Below, piece after piece: positions 63,584-64,000 of a DNA stretch of 64,000 nt. Source of the stretch: Bdellovibrionales bacterium. GTDB lineage: Bacteria; Bdellovibrionota; Bdellovibrionia; Bdellovibrionales; UBA1609. The position numbers were made by a program, and so were the translations under genes. Every line of letters starts with the position of its first letter. Within the stretch, counting starts at the first letter, position 1. The stretch covers positions 992,001 through 1,056,000 of the forward strand of contig CBDHDF010000010.1 in the NCBI GenBank assembly GCA_965261545.1, in the 5' to 3' direction. The notes under the pieces are model-generated. The model saw only the letters and a program-made list of their open reading frames with translations, was not told where the DNA came from and did no database searches.

Positions 63584-64000
63584 ATGCCAATTCTTACTCC
63601 ACTCCATTTTTGGATGCTCGTTTGGATTCTCATTATTCGGATTTTCATCAGGGACTTATCCAGAAAGAGAAGCGCTCCCTCGCTCCTTTGTGGTTACACC
63701 AATCTTACATTTCTTCTCAATCATCTGTTGTTTACGTTAATTATTGGTCCTATAACTGTAGAGTTTGCTTGGCGGAGCTTCCAATTCTTGCTCAATTCCA
63801 AAGTGAAGGATTGGCAGGCCAGTACAAGGTGCTTCTTTTTAATGTGGACCAAGGTCTTGATTCTATTAAAGCAGTCAAGGATTATATGATTGAGAAATTT
63901 CCAAAGGTTCAGAGCATTTACTCACATCCATCGGCCTTTATAGAGGTTGGAAAGGTGGGGGTCATTCCTTACCATCAAATCATAGATAAAAATGGATATA
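63584..64000 (+). pseudogene. Possible degraded TlpA/thioredoxin-like gene
   Basis: GPITVEFA where a CxxC-type motif would be expected, and a later V.VIP..IIDKNG frame. Weak resemblance only. Confidence 0.25.

Overview
AT-rich bacterial window that looks like a Bdellovibrionota genome. The basis is gliding-type TPR and FHA/PglI-like genes, a pilB-pilT-pilC-pilC-pilS-pilR cluster, epmA, gcvP, grxD, mrp and tRNA-Gln; the taxonomy is an inference. About half the window is mobile DNA in two nested stacks whose junctions can be rebuilt from target duplications and sister copies. Stack 1 (8203-29313) splits one host gene at an 8-bp TSD. It holds IS66, IS4, two IS110 copies (one inside the other's non-coding end), ISNCY, IS21, two group II introns in tandem IS21 end repeats, two minimal large-serine-recombinase (LSR) elements and a truncated IS1634. 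A third intron copy disrupts the neighbouring DUF2145-like gene. Stack 2 (54050-59998) is IS1634 carrying IS4 (itself carrying an IS66-type MITE) and IS256. Four observations stand out. (i) A 1.94-kb LSR element whose excised circle would be almost one continuous ORF, so the recombinase C-terminus depends on integration state. (ii) A 36-bp duplication around a 34-bp foreign insert, with the geometry of an off-target Cas1-Cas2 spacer integration. (iii) IS110 self-insertion into its putative bridge-RNA region. (iv) A GUUCG-start group II intron that entered both IS21 terminal repeats. Family assignments come from motif recognition only; no database search was run.
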